This document shows, piece by piece, positions 7,842 through 16,582 of a DNA stretch of 40,841 nucleotides. Both the position numbers and the translations under genes were made by a program. How positions within the stretch are numbered: the first letter of the stretch is position 1; each line of letters opens with the position of its first letter. The DNA is taken from positions 1 to 40,841 of the forward strand of contig QMPO01000001.1 in the NCBI GenBank assembly GCA_003648625.1, written 5' to 3'. The stretch is from Bacteroidota bacterium. GTDB taxonomy: Bacteria > Bacteroidota > Bacteroidia > Bacteroidales > F082. The notes under the pieces are model-generated. The model was given only the letters and a program-made list of their open reading frames with translations, was not told the origin of the DNA and searched no databases.

Positions 7842-8235
7842 CAACCAGCCTCCTGGCTCCCCCGTGATCTCTGAACTCACACAAATAAATACTTTGCCAT
7901 GTTCCGAGGTTCATTCTGTGATTGGTTACAGGCACGGTCAGTGACTGCCCGAAAACAGATGATTTGAAATGAGCAGGCATGTCATCCGGACCTTCCATCG
8001 TATGCACATAAAACGGAGCTCCTTCAGGGGCTAATTTGTTTAGAAGAGTTTTCATATCAGTCCTTACATCCGGATCCGCATTCTCGTTGATCATTAAACC
8101 GGCCGAAGTATGTTTGATGAAGATGTGCAGCAAACCTTTTTCGGGCAGATCGCCAATAGCTTCTTCAATATAGCGGTCAATAATATGAAACCCTTTACGA
8201 AATGAGGGAAGTACGATTTCCTTTTGCTTAATCAT
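7825..8235 (-). CDS. yjbQ: YjbQ/UPF0047 family protein (secondary thiamine-phosphate synthase)
   Basis: HTSAGLMINENADPDVRTDM...EGPDDMPAHFKSS...GTWQSIYLCEF is the YjbQ family signature. Confidence 0.8.
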   Translation of the reverse strand: MIKQKEIVLPSFRKGFHIIDRYIEEAIGDLPEKGLLHIFIKHTSAGLMINENADPDVRTDMKTLLNKLAPEGAPFYVHTMEGPDDMPAHFKSSVFGQSLTVPVTNHRMNLGTWQSIYLCEFRDHGGARRLVVTLYY

Positions 8236-8250
8236 AGTGGTGCTAAATTA

Positions 8251-8279
8251 AAAAAAGCCCTGCAATGCAGAGCTTTTTT
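8251..8279 (-). terminator. Rho-independent terminator after gltA
   Basis: The minus strand reads AGCTCTGC-att-GCAGGGCT (8-bp stem with one G.U pair) followed by TTTTTT. It lies 19 nt after the gltA stop. Confidence 0.6.
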
Positions 8280-8297
8280 CATAAATGTAATTTCAGT

Positions 8298-9602
8298 TTA
8301 TTTAACTCCTACCATTTGCTCAAGCATATCGGTAGTAATTGACTTCGGTCTTTCAATTGGATAACCCAAAGCTCTGTCCCAGACAATATTTGCCAGTACG
8401 CCCAATGCTCTTCCTATAGAAAACAATACTGTGTAAAAGTCGTATTGTGTAACCCCGTAATGCCATTGAACCACACCCGATTGTGCGTCAACATTAGGCC
8501 ATGGGTTTTTGGCTTTACCTTGTTCCTTAAGTATTGGCGGAACAACTTTGTACAGCAGGTCAACATACCTATACAGTTCATCATCCGGCATATGGCTTAA
8601 GCAAAACTCCCGTTGTATTTGATACCTCGGGTCTGTTTTACGCAATACTGCGTGACCAAATCCCGGAATAACCTGACCGCTGTTCAATGTTTTCCAGACA
8701 AATTTTTCCATATCTTTTTCACTGGGCAACTTACCCCCCATGTTAGCTTTTAAAGCCTGTATCCAACGTAACACTTCCTGATTTGCCAGACCATGCAGCG
8801 GGCCTGCCAGACCGTTGATCATACCAGAAATAGCATAGTACACATCTGATAACGAACTGGCGATCAGGTGTCCTGTATGGGCACTAACATTACCACTTTC
8901 ATGGTCAGCATGGATAATGAAATACATTCGGGAAACATCATCATAAGGATTATCTTTGCCCATCATGTGCGCAAAATTGCCACCAAAGTCGAGTGTTGGA
9001 TCGTGGTATACATTGCTTTCACCCCTGTACAGTTTATTGTAAATATATGCTCCGATAACAGGCATTTTGGATACCAGATTAAGCGCATCCTCGTAGGTTG
9101 GCTTCCAATAATCTTTCTTATCCATTCCCCGCTGATACTTAATATTAAATATAGACTCTCTTTGCATTGACATCACTGCTGCCGAAAGGATTGCCATCGG
9201 ATGGCTGTGATTTGGAAACGCGTCTATAACCTCATAGACATATTTTGGCAGCTGGCGCCTGTTCACACTGGTATAAATCAGATCATCCACTTCTTCCATT
9301 GTGGGAATTTCCCCTGTGAGAAGCAAATAAAACAGACCTTCTACATAGGGCATTTCTCTTCCGGCAGGTTTGGGTAACTTTTCAAACACTTCCGGAAGCG
9401 TGTATCCCCTATACCTGATGCCTTCGTACGGATCGAGATAAGAGATGTCTGTTACCAGACTTTTGATTCCCCTCATTCCACCAATTACCTGCTGAACGGT
9501 AACTTCATTAATAACCTTTTCTCCATGTTCTTGCAGAAGCTTTTTAACCCGCGGCCGATGAGCTTCTATCTTTTCTTCCAATTTTTCCTTTAACGCTTTC
9601 AT
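8298..9602 (-). CDS. gltA: Citrate synthase
   Basis: 434 aa with the citrate synthase motifs (IHADHESGNVSAHT, GPLHGLANQEV, GFGHAVLRKTDPR). Confidence 0.9.
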   Translation of the reverse strand: MKALKEKLEEKIEAHRPRVKKLLQEHGEKVINEVTVQQVIGGMRGIKSLVTDISYLDPYEGIRYRGYTLPEVFEKLPKPAGREMPYVEGLFYLLLTGEIPTMEEVDDLIYTSVNRRQLPKYVYEVIDAFPNHSHPMAILSAAVMSMQRESIFNIKYQRGMDKKDYWKPTYEDALNLVSKMPVIGAYIYNKLYRGESNVYHDPTLDFGGNFAHMMGKDNPYDDVSRMYFIIHADHESGNVSAHTGHLIASSLSDVYYAISGMINGLAGPLHGLANQEVLRWIQALKANMGGKLPSEKDMEKFVWKTLNSGQVIPGFGHAVLRKTDPRYQIQREFCLSHMPDDELYRYVDLLYKVVPPILKEQGKAKNPWPNVDAQSGVVQWHYGVTQYDFYTVLFSIGRALGVLANIVWDRALGYPIERPKSITTDMLEQMVGVK

Positions 9603-9614
9603 TTTATTATGTTT

Positions 9615-10841
9615 TTATGATAGCCTAGACTTTAATCCCTCATCAAGAGCAGATAAAAAGTCTTCGGTATGTAAATAATGTTCCTGTTTCAGGTCTTTAC
9701 CATGAATGAGTAATGCCAGGTCTTTAGTCATTTTTCCCGATTCAACTGTTTTAACACAAACATCTTCCAGCGTATGGGCAAAGTCCGTCAATTTCTGATT
9801 GCCATCAAGATGTCCCCGGTGAGCCAATCCTCTGGTCCACGCAAAAATAGACGCGATGGGGTTAGTTGATGTAGGGTTGCCTTTCTGATGTTCGCGGTAG
9901 TGTCTTGTAACCGTACCATGAGCTGCTTCAGCTTCCAACGTTTTTCCATCGGGAGCCATAAGGACAGAGGTCATTAAACCAAGCGATCCAAATCCCTGGG
10001 CTAAGGTATCTGACTGAACATCGCCGTCATAATTTTTACATGCCCAAACAAATCCGCCTTCCCATTTTAAGGCAGCAGCAACCATATCATCAATTAAGCG
10101 ATGCTCATAATGGATTCCGACAGCTTCAAACTTATCTTTATAACTTTCATCAAATATTTCCTGGAAAATATCTTTAAATCTTCCATCATATTTTTTAAGG
10201 ATGGTATTTTTTGTTGACATATACAGCGGCCATTCTTTTTCAAGAGCCATATTAAAACACGAATGAGCAAACCCTTTGATCGACTCATCAGTATTGTACA
10301 TAGCCATAGCAACTCCATCGCCATCAAAATCATGTACGTTGTACGTTTGCGGTTCACTCCCGTCATCAGGAGTATATGTGATGGTTAATTTTCCTTTTCC
10401 TTTGGTTAAAAAGTCCGTTGCACGATACTGGTCGCCGAATGCATGACGGCCTATGACAATAGGTTTTTTCCATCCCGGAACAAGGCGCGGAACATTCTTA
10501 ATAAGAATCGGTTCACGAAATACCGTACCTCCCAAGATGTTCCTTATTGTTCCATTAGGTGATTTCCACATATGTTTCAGCCCAAACTCCTCTACCCTTA
10601 TCTCGTCAGGTGTAATGGTAGCACATTTAATCCCCACATTATATTTTTGAATAGCATGGGCAGCATCTACAGTTATCTGATCATCTGTCTCATCTCTTTT
10701 TTCGATACCCAGATCATAATATTTTATATCAATGTCCAGGTAAGGAAGGATAAGTTTATCTTTAATCATTGCCCAGATAACCCGGGTCATTTCGTCTCCG
10801 TCCAGTTCCACAACAGGATTTGCTACATGAATTTTTTTCAT
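9615..10841 (-). CDS. icd: NADP-dependent isocitrate dehydrogenase (about 400-aa eukaryote-like homodimeric type)
   Basis: [13 protein letters not shown]...KCATITPDE...NYDGDVQSD...GTVTRHYR are present. The stop lies 12 nt upstream of the gltA start, suggesting an operon. Confidence 0.9.
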   Translation of the reverse strand: MKKIHVANPVVELDGDEMTRVIWAMIKDKLILPYLDIDIKYYDLGIEKRDETDDQITVDAAHAIQKYNVGIKCATITPDEIRVEEFGLKHMWKSPNGTIRNILGGTVFREPILIKNVPRLVPGWKKPIVIGRHAFGDQYRATDFLTKGKGKLTITYTPDDGSEPQTYNVHDFDGDGVAMAMYNTDESIKGFAHSCFNMALEKEWPLYMSTKNTILKKYDGRFKDIFQEIFDESYKDKFEAVGIHYEHRLIDDMVAAALKWEGGFVWACKNYDGDVQSDTLAQGFGSLGLMTSVLMAPDGKTLEAEAAHGTVTRHYREHQKGNPTSTNPIASIFAWTRGLAHRGHLDGNQKLTDFAHTLEDVCVKTVESGKMTKDLALLIHGKDLKQEHYLHTEDFLSALDEGLKSRLS

Positions 10842-10894
10842 ACGTTAAGAATCTTCTTTATTAATTTTGATAGTCAATTATTTAATTAGGAGCG

Positions 10895-10902
10895 CAAAGG
10901 TA
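10895..10902 (-). promoter_or_regulatory. Candidate -7 box (TACCTTTG) for icd-gltA
   Basis: Exact TAnnTTTG match on the minus strand, 54 nt upstream of the icd ATG. Confidence 0.35.
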
Positions 10903-11068
10903 CAAAATATAGCTGTGTTTTCTAAGGATTTAAGTAACATATTGAACTATTTCTATATGTTTTTTTCACTTTTTGACAAAATGTAAAATACATATGGTTT
11001 ATCGCCCCATTTACCGACTAAATACCACCGCTCACCGATTTATTATTTACATCAGAACACCCCTTCTA

Positions 11069-11076
11069 TATCTTTG
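11069..11076 (+). promoter_or_regulatory. Candidate -7 box (TATCTTTG) for the PspC-domain gene
   Basis: Exact TAnnTTTG match, 36 nt upstream of the ATG at 11112. Confidence 0.4.
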
Positions 11077-11111
11077 CTTCATAATACTTTTAAATCATTA
11101 ATATTTAAAAA

Positions 11112-11624
11112 ATGGAAAAATCAAAAAGATTGTACCGATCGAATACCGACAAAGTTATCGGTGGTGTTTCAGGAGGTTTGGCAAACTACTTTGGGGTTGA
11201 TCCCGTTCTGATCAGAGTTGCGTTTGTATTACTCACTTTATTTGGAGGCGGGGGTGTTCTTGTATATATTGTTATGTGGATTACAATCCCGGCAGAAACA
11301 ATTGATTATAAGGCTACCTTTAATAAAAACCCGGATGAAGTTGCAGATACCGACACAGAAGCAATCCCGGTAAAAAACAATCAATCTAACACAGCACTTA
11401 TTGCAGGAGTTCTGTTAATTATTGCCGGGTTATTGTTTCTTGCCGACCGTTTAATACCTTTTTATAACCTGATAGACTTCTGGCCGGTTATTTTAATAAT
11501 TGCCGGAGTTCTGGTCATTAAACCCGACCTTTTTAAAACAACTCCTGTTAAAGAGGACGATACCTCATCAGATACTACAACAGAAACGACAGATATAGTA
11601 ACACCTAAAAATATAGAATCATGA
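11112..11624 (+). CDS. PspC domain-containing membrane protein
   Basis: LYRSNTDKVIGGVSGGLANYFGVDPVLIRVAFVLLTLFGG..VLVYIVMWITIP is the PspC domain. A second transmembrane pair follows. Confidence 0.8.
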   Translation: MEKSKRLYRSNTDKVIGGVSGGLANYFGVDPVLIRVAFVLLTLFGGGGVLVYIVMWITIPAETIDYKATFNKNPDEVADTDTEAIPVKNNQSNTALIAGVLLIIAGLLFLADRLIPFYNLIDFWPVILIIAGVLVIKPDLFKTTPVKEDDTSSDTTTETTDIVTPKNIES

Positions 11625-12562
11625 AATTCAGAAACATTTTTTGGGGAATCATCCTCATACTGATAGGCGTACTGTTTATTCTACAAAACCTTAACATCAT
11701 TGATTTCAGATGGGTAAGCCTTTGGCGCCTGTGGCCGGTGTTCCTGATCCTTTGGGGCGTATCAATACTACCGGCAAATAACTGGATTAAAACATCGTTA
11801 ATAGTTATTGTACTGGCAGGATCAGTGTATTTTATGCTGAACAGGACTGTTGCATGGAGAGACTACTCCCCTAATATTCATATAGGAAGGAATTATGATG
11901 ACTACGATGATGATGAAGTATATAACGATGAAGGGCAGGCTGACCAGTACTTCAATATACCCTATGAAGATAGTGTGGCAACCGCATCGTTAAATTTTGA
12001 TGCTGCTGCAGGTTCCTTCTATATCAATGATACATCGGACGATTTACTTACCTTTTCAAAAAAGGGCCGCACGGGAACATACACGTATTATGTGAAGAGT
12101 ACCAATGATAATGCCAATATAACTATTGAGCGTGAAGGCCAGGAATTGTTCCTGAACAACAACAATACACACCATAATGTAGATATTTCTTTAAATCAGG
12201 CTCCCGAATGGAATATGAATTTTGACATAGGAGCTGCTAAAGTCAATTTTGATTTATCGCAATTCAAGCTAAAAAAACTGGATCTGGATGGTGGTGCTGC
12301 TTCCATTAAAATAAAACTGGGCGATAAGCTGCCGAAATCACACGTAAACATTGATGCCGGAGCTTCAGAGATTGTTTTAAGAGTTCCGCAGAGTGCGGGA
12401 TGCGATCTTAATTTAAATGCTGTTTTATCAGGAAAAACTATTTCAGGTTTTGAAAAAGTGGACAACGGGCATTACAGAACCAGTAATTTTGATGAATCAG
12501 ACAATAAAATATTCATTACTGTTGATGCCGCTGTTTCCAGCTATAAAATCACCAGGTATTAA
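11621..12562 (+). CDS. LiaF/LiaI-like transmembrane protein with a putative beta-rich C-terminal domain
   Basis: The N-terminus FWGIILILIGVLFILQNLN...LWPVFLILWGVSIL resembles the LiaI-LiaF-like (DUF5668) transmembrane region. The repetitive C-terminus (NFD.GAA...L.LDGGAASIKIKLG...NIDAGASEIVL) suggests a toast-rack-like fold. The start overlaps the upstream stop (ATGA). Confidence 0.55.
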   Translation: MKFRNIFWGIILILIGVLFILQNLNIIDFRWVSLWRLWPVFLILWGVSILPANNWIKTSLIVIVLAGSVYFMLNRTVAWRDYSPNIHIGRNYDDYDDDEVYNDEGQADQYFNIPYEDSVATASLNFDAAAGSFYINDTSDDLLTFSKKGRTGTYTYYVKSTNDNANITIEREGQELFLNNNNTHHNVDISLNQAPEWNMNFDIGAAKVNFDLSQFKLKKLDLDGGAASIKIKLGDKLPKSHVNIDAGASEIVLRVPQSAGCDLNLNAVLSGKTISGFEKVDNGHYRTSNFDESDNKIFITVDAAVSSYKITRY

Positions 12563-12594
12563 ACCTGTATATATATTCTCCTTATACTCCAAAT

Positions 12595-12620
12595 TAAAGC
12601 CACGCATGAACGTGGCTTTA
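12595..12620. terminator. Bidirectional terminator hairpin between convergent genes
   Basis: TAAAGCCACG-catgaa-CGTGGCTTTA forms a perfect 10-bp stem with A/T-rich flanks on both sides. Confidence 0.65.
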
Positions 12621-12628
12621 ATATTTTA

Positions 12629-15600
12629 CTAAAGCCGGACTATTTTAGTGGAATACGATTCTTTACCGGAAATCAGCCGGATAAAATAAATCCCTGTTGG
12701 CAAAGCACACCCGTTCAGATCGCTGCCATCCCAGTTTAGTATAAGCTCATTATTCTTTACTGAGTTTTTATCAATCTTTTTTATATAAACAAGTTTACCA
12801 AACTGATTAAACGCTTGCAGTGTGGGAGATGCCGCATTCGGTAATGAAACCTGAATGGTTACATTTCTTTTGAACGGGTTGGGATATGCCTTTATATTTC
12901 CGGTGTTGCCACGCACAGCAGCCAGTTCATCAACACCAACACTATTCTCTTTAAGGCCGAAGAAATCAATAATGAAGTTTAAGTAATCGACAGTAGTAAA
13001 CGAAGAGTCTGTATCAGCAAGTGCACCGTATTCGATTACTGATACGATCGTTTTATAATTATCTGTTTCGTTAGCCACTACACAGGCCGAATCACTCTTT
13101 CTGAACAACAATACATTAAAAGCACTATCGCGGGGTATTAAATAATAATCGTTATACGGCCTGTCACTGAGATATTCAAAGCCTTTTTGCCCGGTCGTAT
13201 CATTTAATGGTTTATAGACAGTATCAATTAAAAATATGACAAAATCTTCCGAAATATCTACATCAAACTTACTATGGACAGGGGTTTGTTCCTGTTTCCA
13301 TGTAACACGCCCCTCCATGTATAAGTTGCCGCCCTCGTCCAAATAATCTGACAAAGCCCGTCCCTCCGAATAGGTTAACTCGTGGTTCGCAAACATAGAA
13401 CCCAAAAGAACGAACACAGACTTATACTGCGTTAAATGGTCCGGTATCCACGAAACACTGACATAATCCGTATTGGTGGTTTCCAGATCGTCCCGGAATT
13501 TCCATGAGGACAGATGATTTGGGTCCAGATCAACTAATAAAACAGGTGTTCTCCCAATTTGTAAATCAATCGTGTCAACACTAATGACAGAGCCTTCACG
13601 TGAAAATGTAAGCCAGCAGGGTATTTTTGTACCCGGAGTTACCCAGGGGCTCACCTTCAGCTGGTAGTCAATAATTATGTCATTGTTGGGAGGCAGGTAA
13701 TCAATAATCTGGCTGTCAGACCCGACTAATTCTATTGAATCACTTTCAAAAATAATTTGCACCTCTACATCGTCAGCCACTGCATGCCCCGCATTCGCTA
13801 TTCGAAAATCTACCTGCCGTGTTAGCCCCGGTTCTATCCAGGTATTGCCTTCACTTACCACATCAGCAACGACAAGATTCGGCGCATTTATAACCAGCCA
13901 TGAATCTGACTGCCAGCTTGTGTTTTCGCTCGTTATTGAATTCGTCATTCTGAATGTATGCCGGTCAGGTGCATCTACTGCTATTTTTATTACGAATGAG
14001 CTGTCAATTATTTTGGTTTCTCCCGGTGCCAAAGCACCAACCTCTTCATCTGTCTGAATAATTGTGACATAATCGTTTTCAGCCGAATAATCCAGAAGGA
14101 TATCATTTATAACACTTGCAGAAATATTTTTAACTATAGCTTTGATAGCTGCCGTTTCGCCGAAACCAATAACATCATCATTTCCTGAACTTATCTCATA
14201 GGAAACTATAAGCCCTGATGAAAGCTGAAACTCTTTAATTGCCGATATATTCCGGTTGTCGGTAGCCGCTACACGCACCTGATAAATATGAGTGTCATCC
14301 AAACCTGACACTTCCAGCAATCCGTCAGAAGAGACAGACAAATTTTCGGCCTTAACAGTCAGGGGCATATAACGGAAGCTTTTTTCCGGCAATCCGAAGG
14401 CAGGTATCTCTATATGATTTATCAGGTAATTAATTCCGTCTCCTACAGAAACTCCCGAAGACCAAAGCACGCCGTCAGGGACATCCATATCCTCAAAATA
14501 AGTAACGAAATCGCCTGATGGAAATATTTTTAATGCAAACACAAGAGTTGTAACATCAGAACTATACACAGATGTTGCCTGCCATTTAACCAGAAAATAA
14601 TCATCCGCTGACTCATACGACACCTTATGCTCAATGTCGGAATTCAATTCAAGATCACATAAAAAAGGGGCGATCATTTTATTGTTTTGCAACATGGCCG
14701 ACTCTCCCATAAAATAAGGATACGGTAAGTCGTTCTTTTCAAAGGTTATAAAACCATCAATATGGACTGTTATCCGGTTCATTGTATCTCCGTAAAAAGG
14801 AAAAGGGAAAGGCAAATCAAAACGTACAAAAGCCGAATCGCTGTTTGAAAACTCAATTTCTTCTCCTTCTGCTTCCGGAAACTCTTCTACTGTGTTTAGA
14901 AGCTTGTACTCTTTTAAAACAGACCACTTATAGGGTATATCACCTCCTTCGGCATGCAGTTGTACGCTGTAAAGTGTTCCCGGCTCAACTACGGGTAACT
15001 CATCGGTAACTATCCGAACCTTATTGAATTGCAACTGCCCGATTACAGAAAGTGATGTGATGCTGTTGTCATTAATATTCGTTGGTATATCGGAGCATAT
15101 AATTTCATCATCATGAGTATAATCCACAATACTGAAAAACAAAATTTGTCCTTCGCCTTCCTTCTTTTTATCCCGTTCAATTATCTGAACAAAATACCGT
15201 GCCCATGCATCCGGGCTCACATAGGTAAGCAACGGAGTAATATCCAGCTCAAGTTCCAGTTCATCTGCATCGGGCAGTGTATCCGATCCCTGCAATACTT
15301 TATTCCCTCCCTGAAAATTAACAATGGGAAAATCAATGGTATGCCTGGCGAAACTTAATGCCGTATCAGCAGAAACACCGGCAATGATCTTTAATTTGTT
15401 ACGTGAATTATGTTTCAGTTTTAATTTAAGCCCCAGCAGAGGCTGATAATCCGGTTTGACTTTCAGCACATTTACCGACTGATTCCAGATGCCACCCTCC
15501 TGGTACGTATAACCAAATGCGTTATACATGGCATAACAAAATCCCGAGTCAGCCCAGTGGTCGCCATAGCTGTTTACAAACAAAAAGCCACCGATCTCCC

Positions 15601-16477
15601 AGTCTTTCAGGTCAACTACTCCGTCATCATTAATATCAATGTCGTTTGTAAACTTCCCGTCGTTGTTATAATCGAACCTTATGGAATCGTTGTATCCAAC
15701 AATTGTCAATGCATGTGTGGCCGGGGCATACCACTTGGTAATCACATGCTTTCCGGCTTCAGGACTGTCTTCAGGCAAGAAAGTATAATTCCAGGCGCTG
15801 TACGAATAAAAGCTGGCAACTCCTCCGTGATCATGATCTTCCAGGTGGTCGTACAACCAGTATTTTAATGTGTTAATTCCTTCAATGGTACCCACATCAA
15901 TATAATAAACTTCATCTATTCTGTTCAACATCGAACTGCGGTAAGCTTCATATCCCGACATCCACCTTTCTTCTCCCCCTTTATACATACCACCATAATC
16001 CTCAACAGAAGGTGTTCCTGCTTTTTTTAGGATTTCGAAACTGTGGAAGTAGCTTACACCATACCACCCGCTGCCACCATTCATAAAATTCCAGGCAAAC
16101 TGCGGTGTATACTGATCAGCTTCTATATTAGCCGGCACATCTCTTGCGCGGTCCATTTCATACGTAAAGTTATAGGCTACTCCTGCCGATTGGCCACAAT
16201 TGGCATAATTTTCCTGCGAAAACACTGGCCTTAAGAACGGGAGTTCCGCATTATTGATAACTGCCGGCAGGTCCCTGCCCATTCTTCCCTTGTACTGTTC
16301 GGGAAGTGTCAACTCAGGTATTTTTAATGCTAAAATTGAATCGTACGTAGTTAAAGAAAGTTGTTGCTCCCGACAAATATCTTTCCCGGTTATACTATAA
16401 GATTGTTGTGCCCGCAATTGCCAGGCAAACACCACCGTCAAAAAAGACAATAGTGCAATGGTTACGATTCTCTTCAT
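12629..16477 (-). CDS. T9SS-secreted multidomain protein with an N-terminal papain-like (C1-type) cysteine peptidase domain
   Basis: The catalytic pattern is Q94-x5-C100 (QENYANCGQS), H261 (ATHALTIVGYN) and N308 (VNSYGDHWADSGF). Signal peptide present. The C-terminal ~85 aa (AYPNPF...GIYFIRL...KIVRL) is a T9SS type A sorting domain. The track start at 16495 is a TTG; the ATG is at 16477. Confidence 0.65.
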   Translation of the reverse strand: MKRIVTIALLSFLTVVFAWQLRAQQSYSITGKDICREQQLSLTTYDSILALKIPELTLPEQYKGRMGRDLPAVINNAELPFLRPVFSQENYANCGQSAGVAYNFTYEMDRARDVPANIEADQYTPQFAWNFMNGGSGWYGVSYFHSFEILKKAGTPSVEDYGGMYKGGEERWMSGYEAYRSSMLNRIDEVYYIDVGTIEGINTLKYWLYDHLEDHDHGGVASFYSYSAWNYTFLPEDSPEAGKHVITKWYAPATHALTIVGYNDSIRFDYNNDGKFTNDIDINDDGVVDLKDWEIGGFLFVNSYGDHWADSGFCYAMYNAFGYTYQEGGIWNQSVNVLKVKPDYQPLLGLKLKLKHNSRNKLKIIAGVSADTALSFARHTIDFPIVNFQGGNKVLQGSDTLPDADELELELDITPLLTYVSPDAWARYFVQIIERDKKKEGEGQILFFSIVDYTHDDEIICSDIPTNINDNSITSLSVIGQLQFNKVRIVTDELPVVEPGTLYSVQLHAEGGDIPYKWSVLKEYKLLNTVEEFPEAEGEEIEFSNSDSAFVRFDLPFPFPFYGDTMNRITVHIDGFITFEKNDLPYPYFMGESAMLQNNKMIAPFLCDLELNSDIEHKVSYESADDYFLVKWQATSVYSSDVTTLVFALKIFPSGDFVTYFEDMDVPDGVLWSSGVSVGDGINYLINHIEIPAFGLPEKSFRYMPLTVKAENLSVSSDGLLEVSGLDDTHIYQVRVAATDNRNISAIKEFQLSSGLIVSYEISSGNDDVIGFGETAAIKAIVKNISASVINDILLDYSAENDYVTIIQTDEEVGALAPGETKIIDSSFVIKIAVDAPDRHTFRMTNSITSENTSWQSDSWLVINAPNLVVADVVSEGNTWIEPGLTRQVDFRIANAGHAVADDVEVQIIFESDSIELVGSDSQIIDYLPPNNDIIIDYQLKVSPWVTPGTKIPCWLTFSREGSVISVDTIDLQIGRTPVLLVDLDPNHLSSWKFRDDLETTNTDYVSVSWIPDHLTQYKSVFVLLGSMFANHELTYSEGRALSDYLDEGGNLYMEGRVTWKQEQTPVHSKFDVDISEDFVIFLIDTVYKPLNDTTGQKGFEYLSDRPYNDYYLIPRDSAFNVLLFRKSDSACVVANETDNYKTIVSVIEYGALADTDSSFTTVDYLNFIIDFFGLKENSVGVDELAAVRGNTGNIKAYPNPFKRNVTIQVSLPNAASPTLQAFNQFGKLVYIKKIDKNSVKNNELILNWDGSDLNGCALPTGIYFIRLISGKESYSTKIVRL

Positions 16478-16582
16478 ACAATAAATGACGTACAATACTT
16501 TCTAAAATTACAAATTATATCAATTGTAACGAAATATTCGGCCAAACTCTGTGGTTTTAAGTCACATTTTTAATTACTTTGC

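Noticed and set aside
9615-10841. The eukaryote-like NADP isocitrate dehydrogenase as a horizontal-transfer oddity
   Set aside because: My understanding is that this ~400-aa IDH type, adjacent to citrate synthase, is common in Bacteroidota. Nothing in the local sequence (composition, flanking mobile elements) marks it as foreign.
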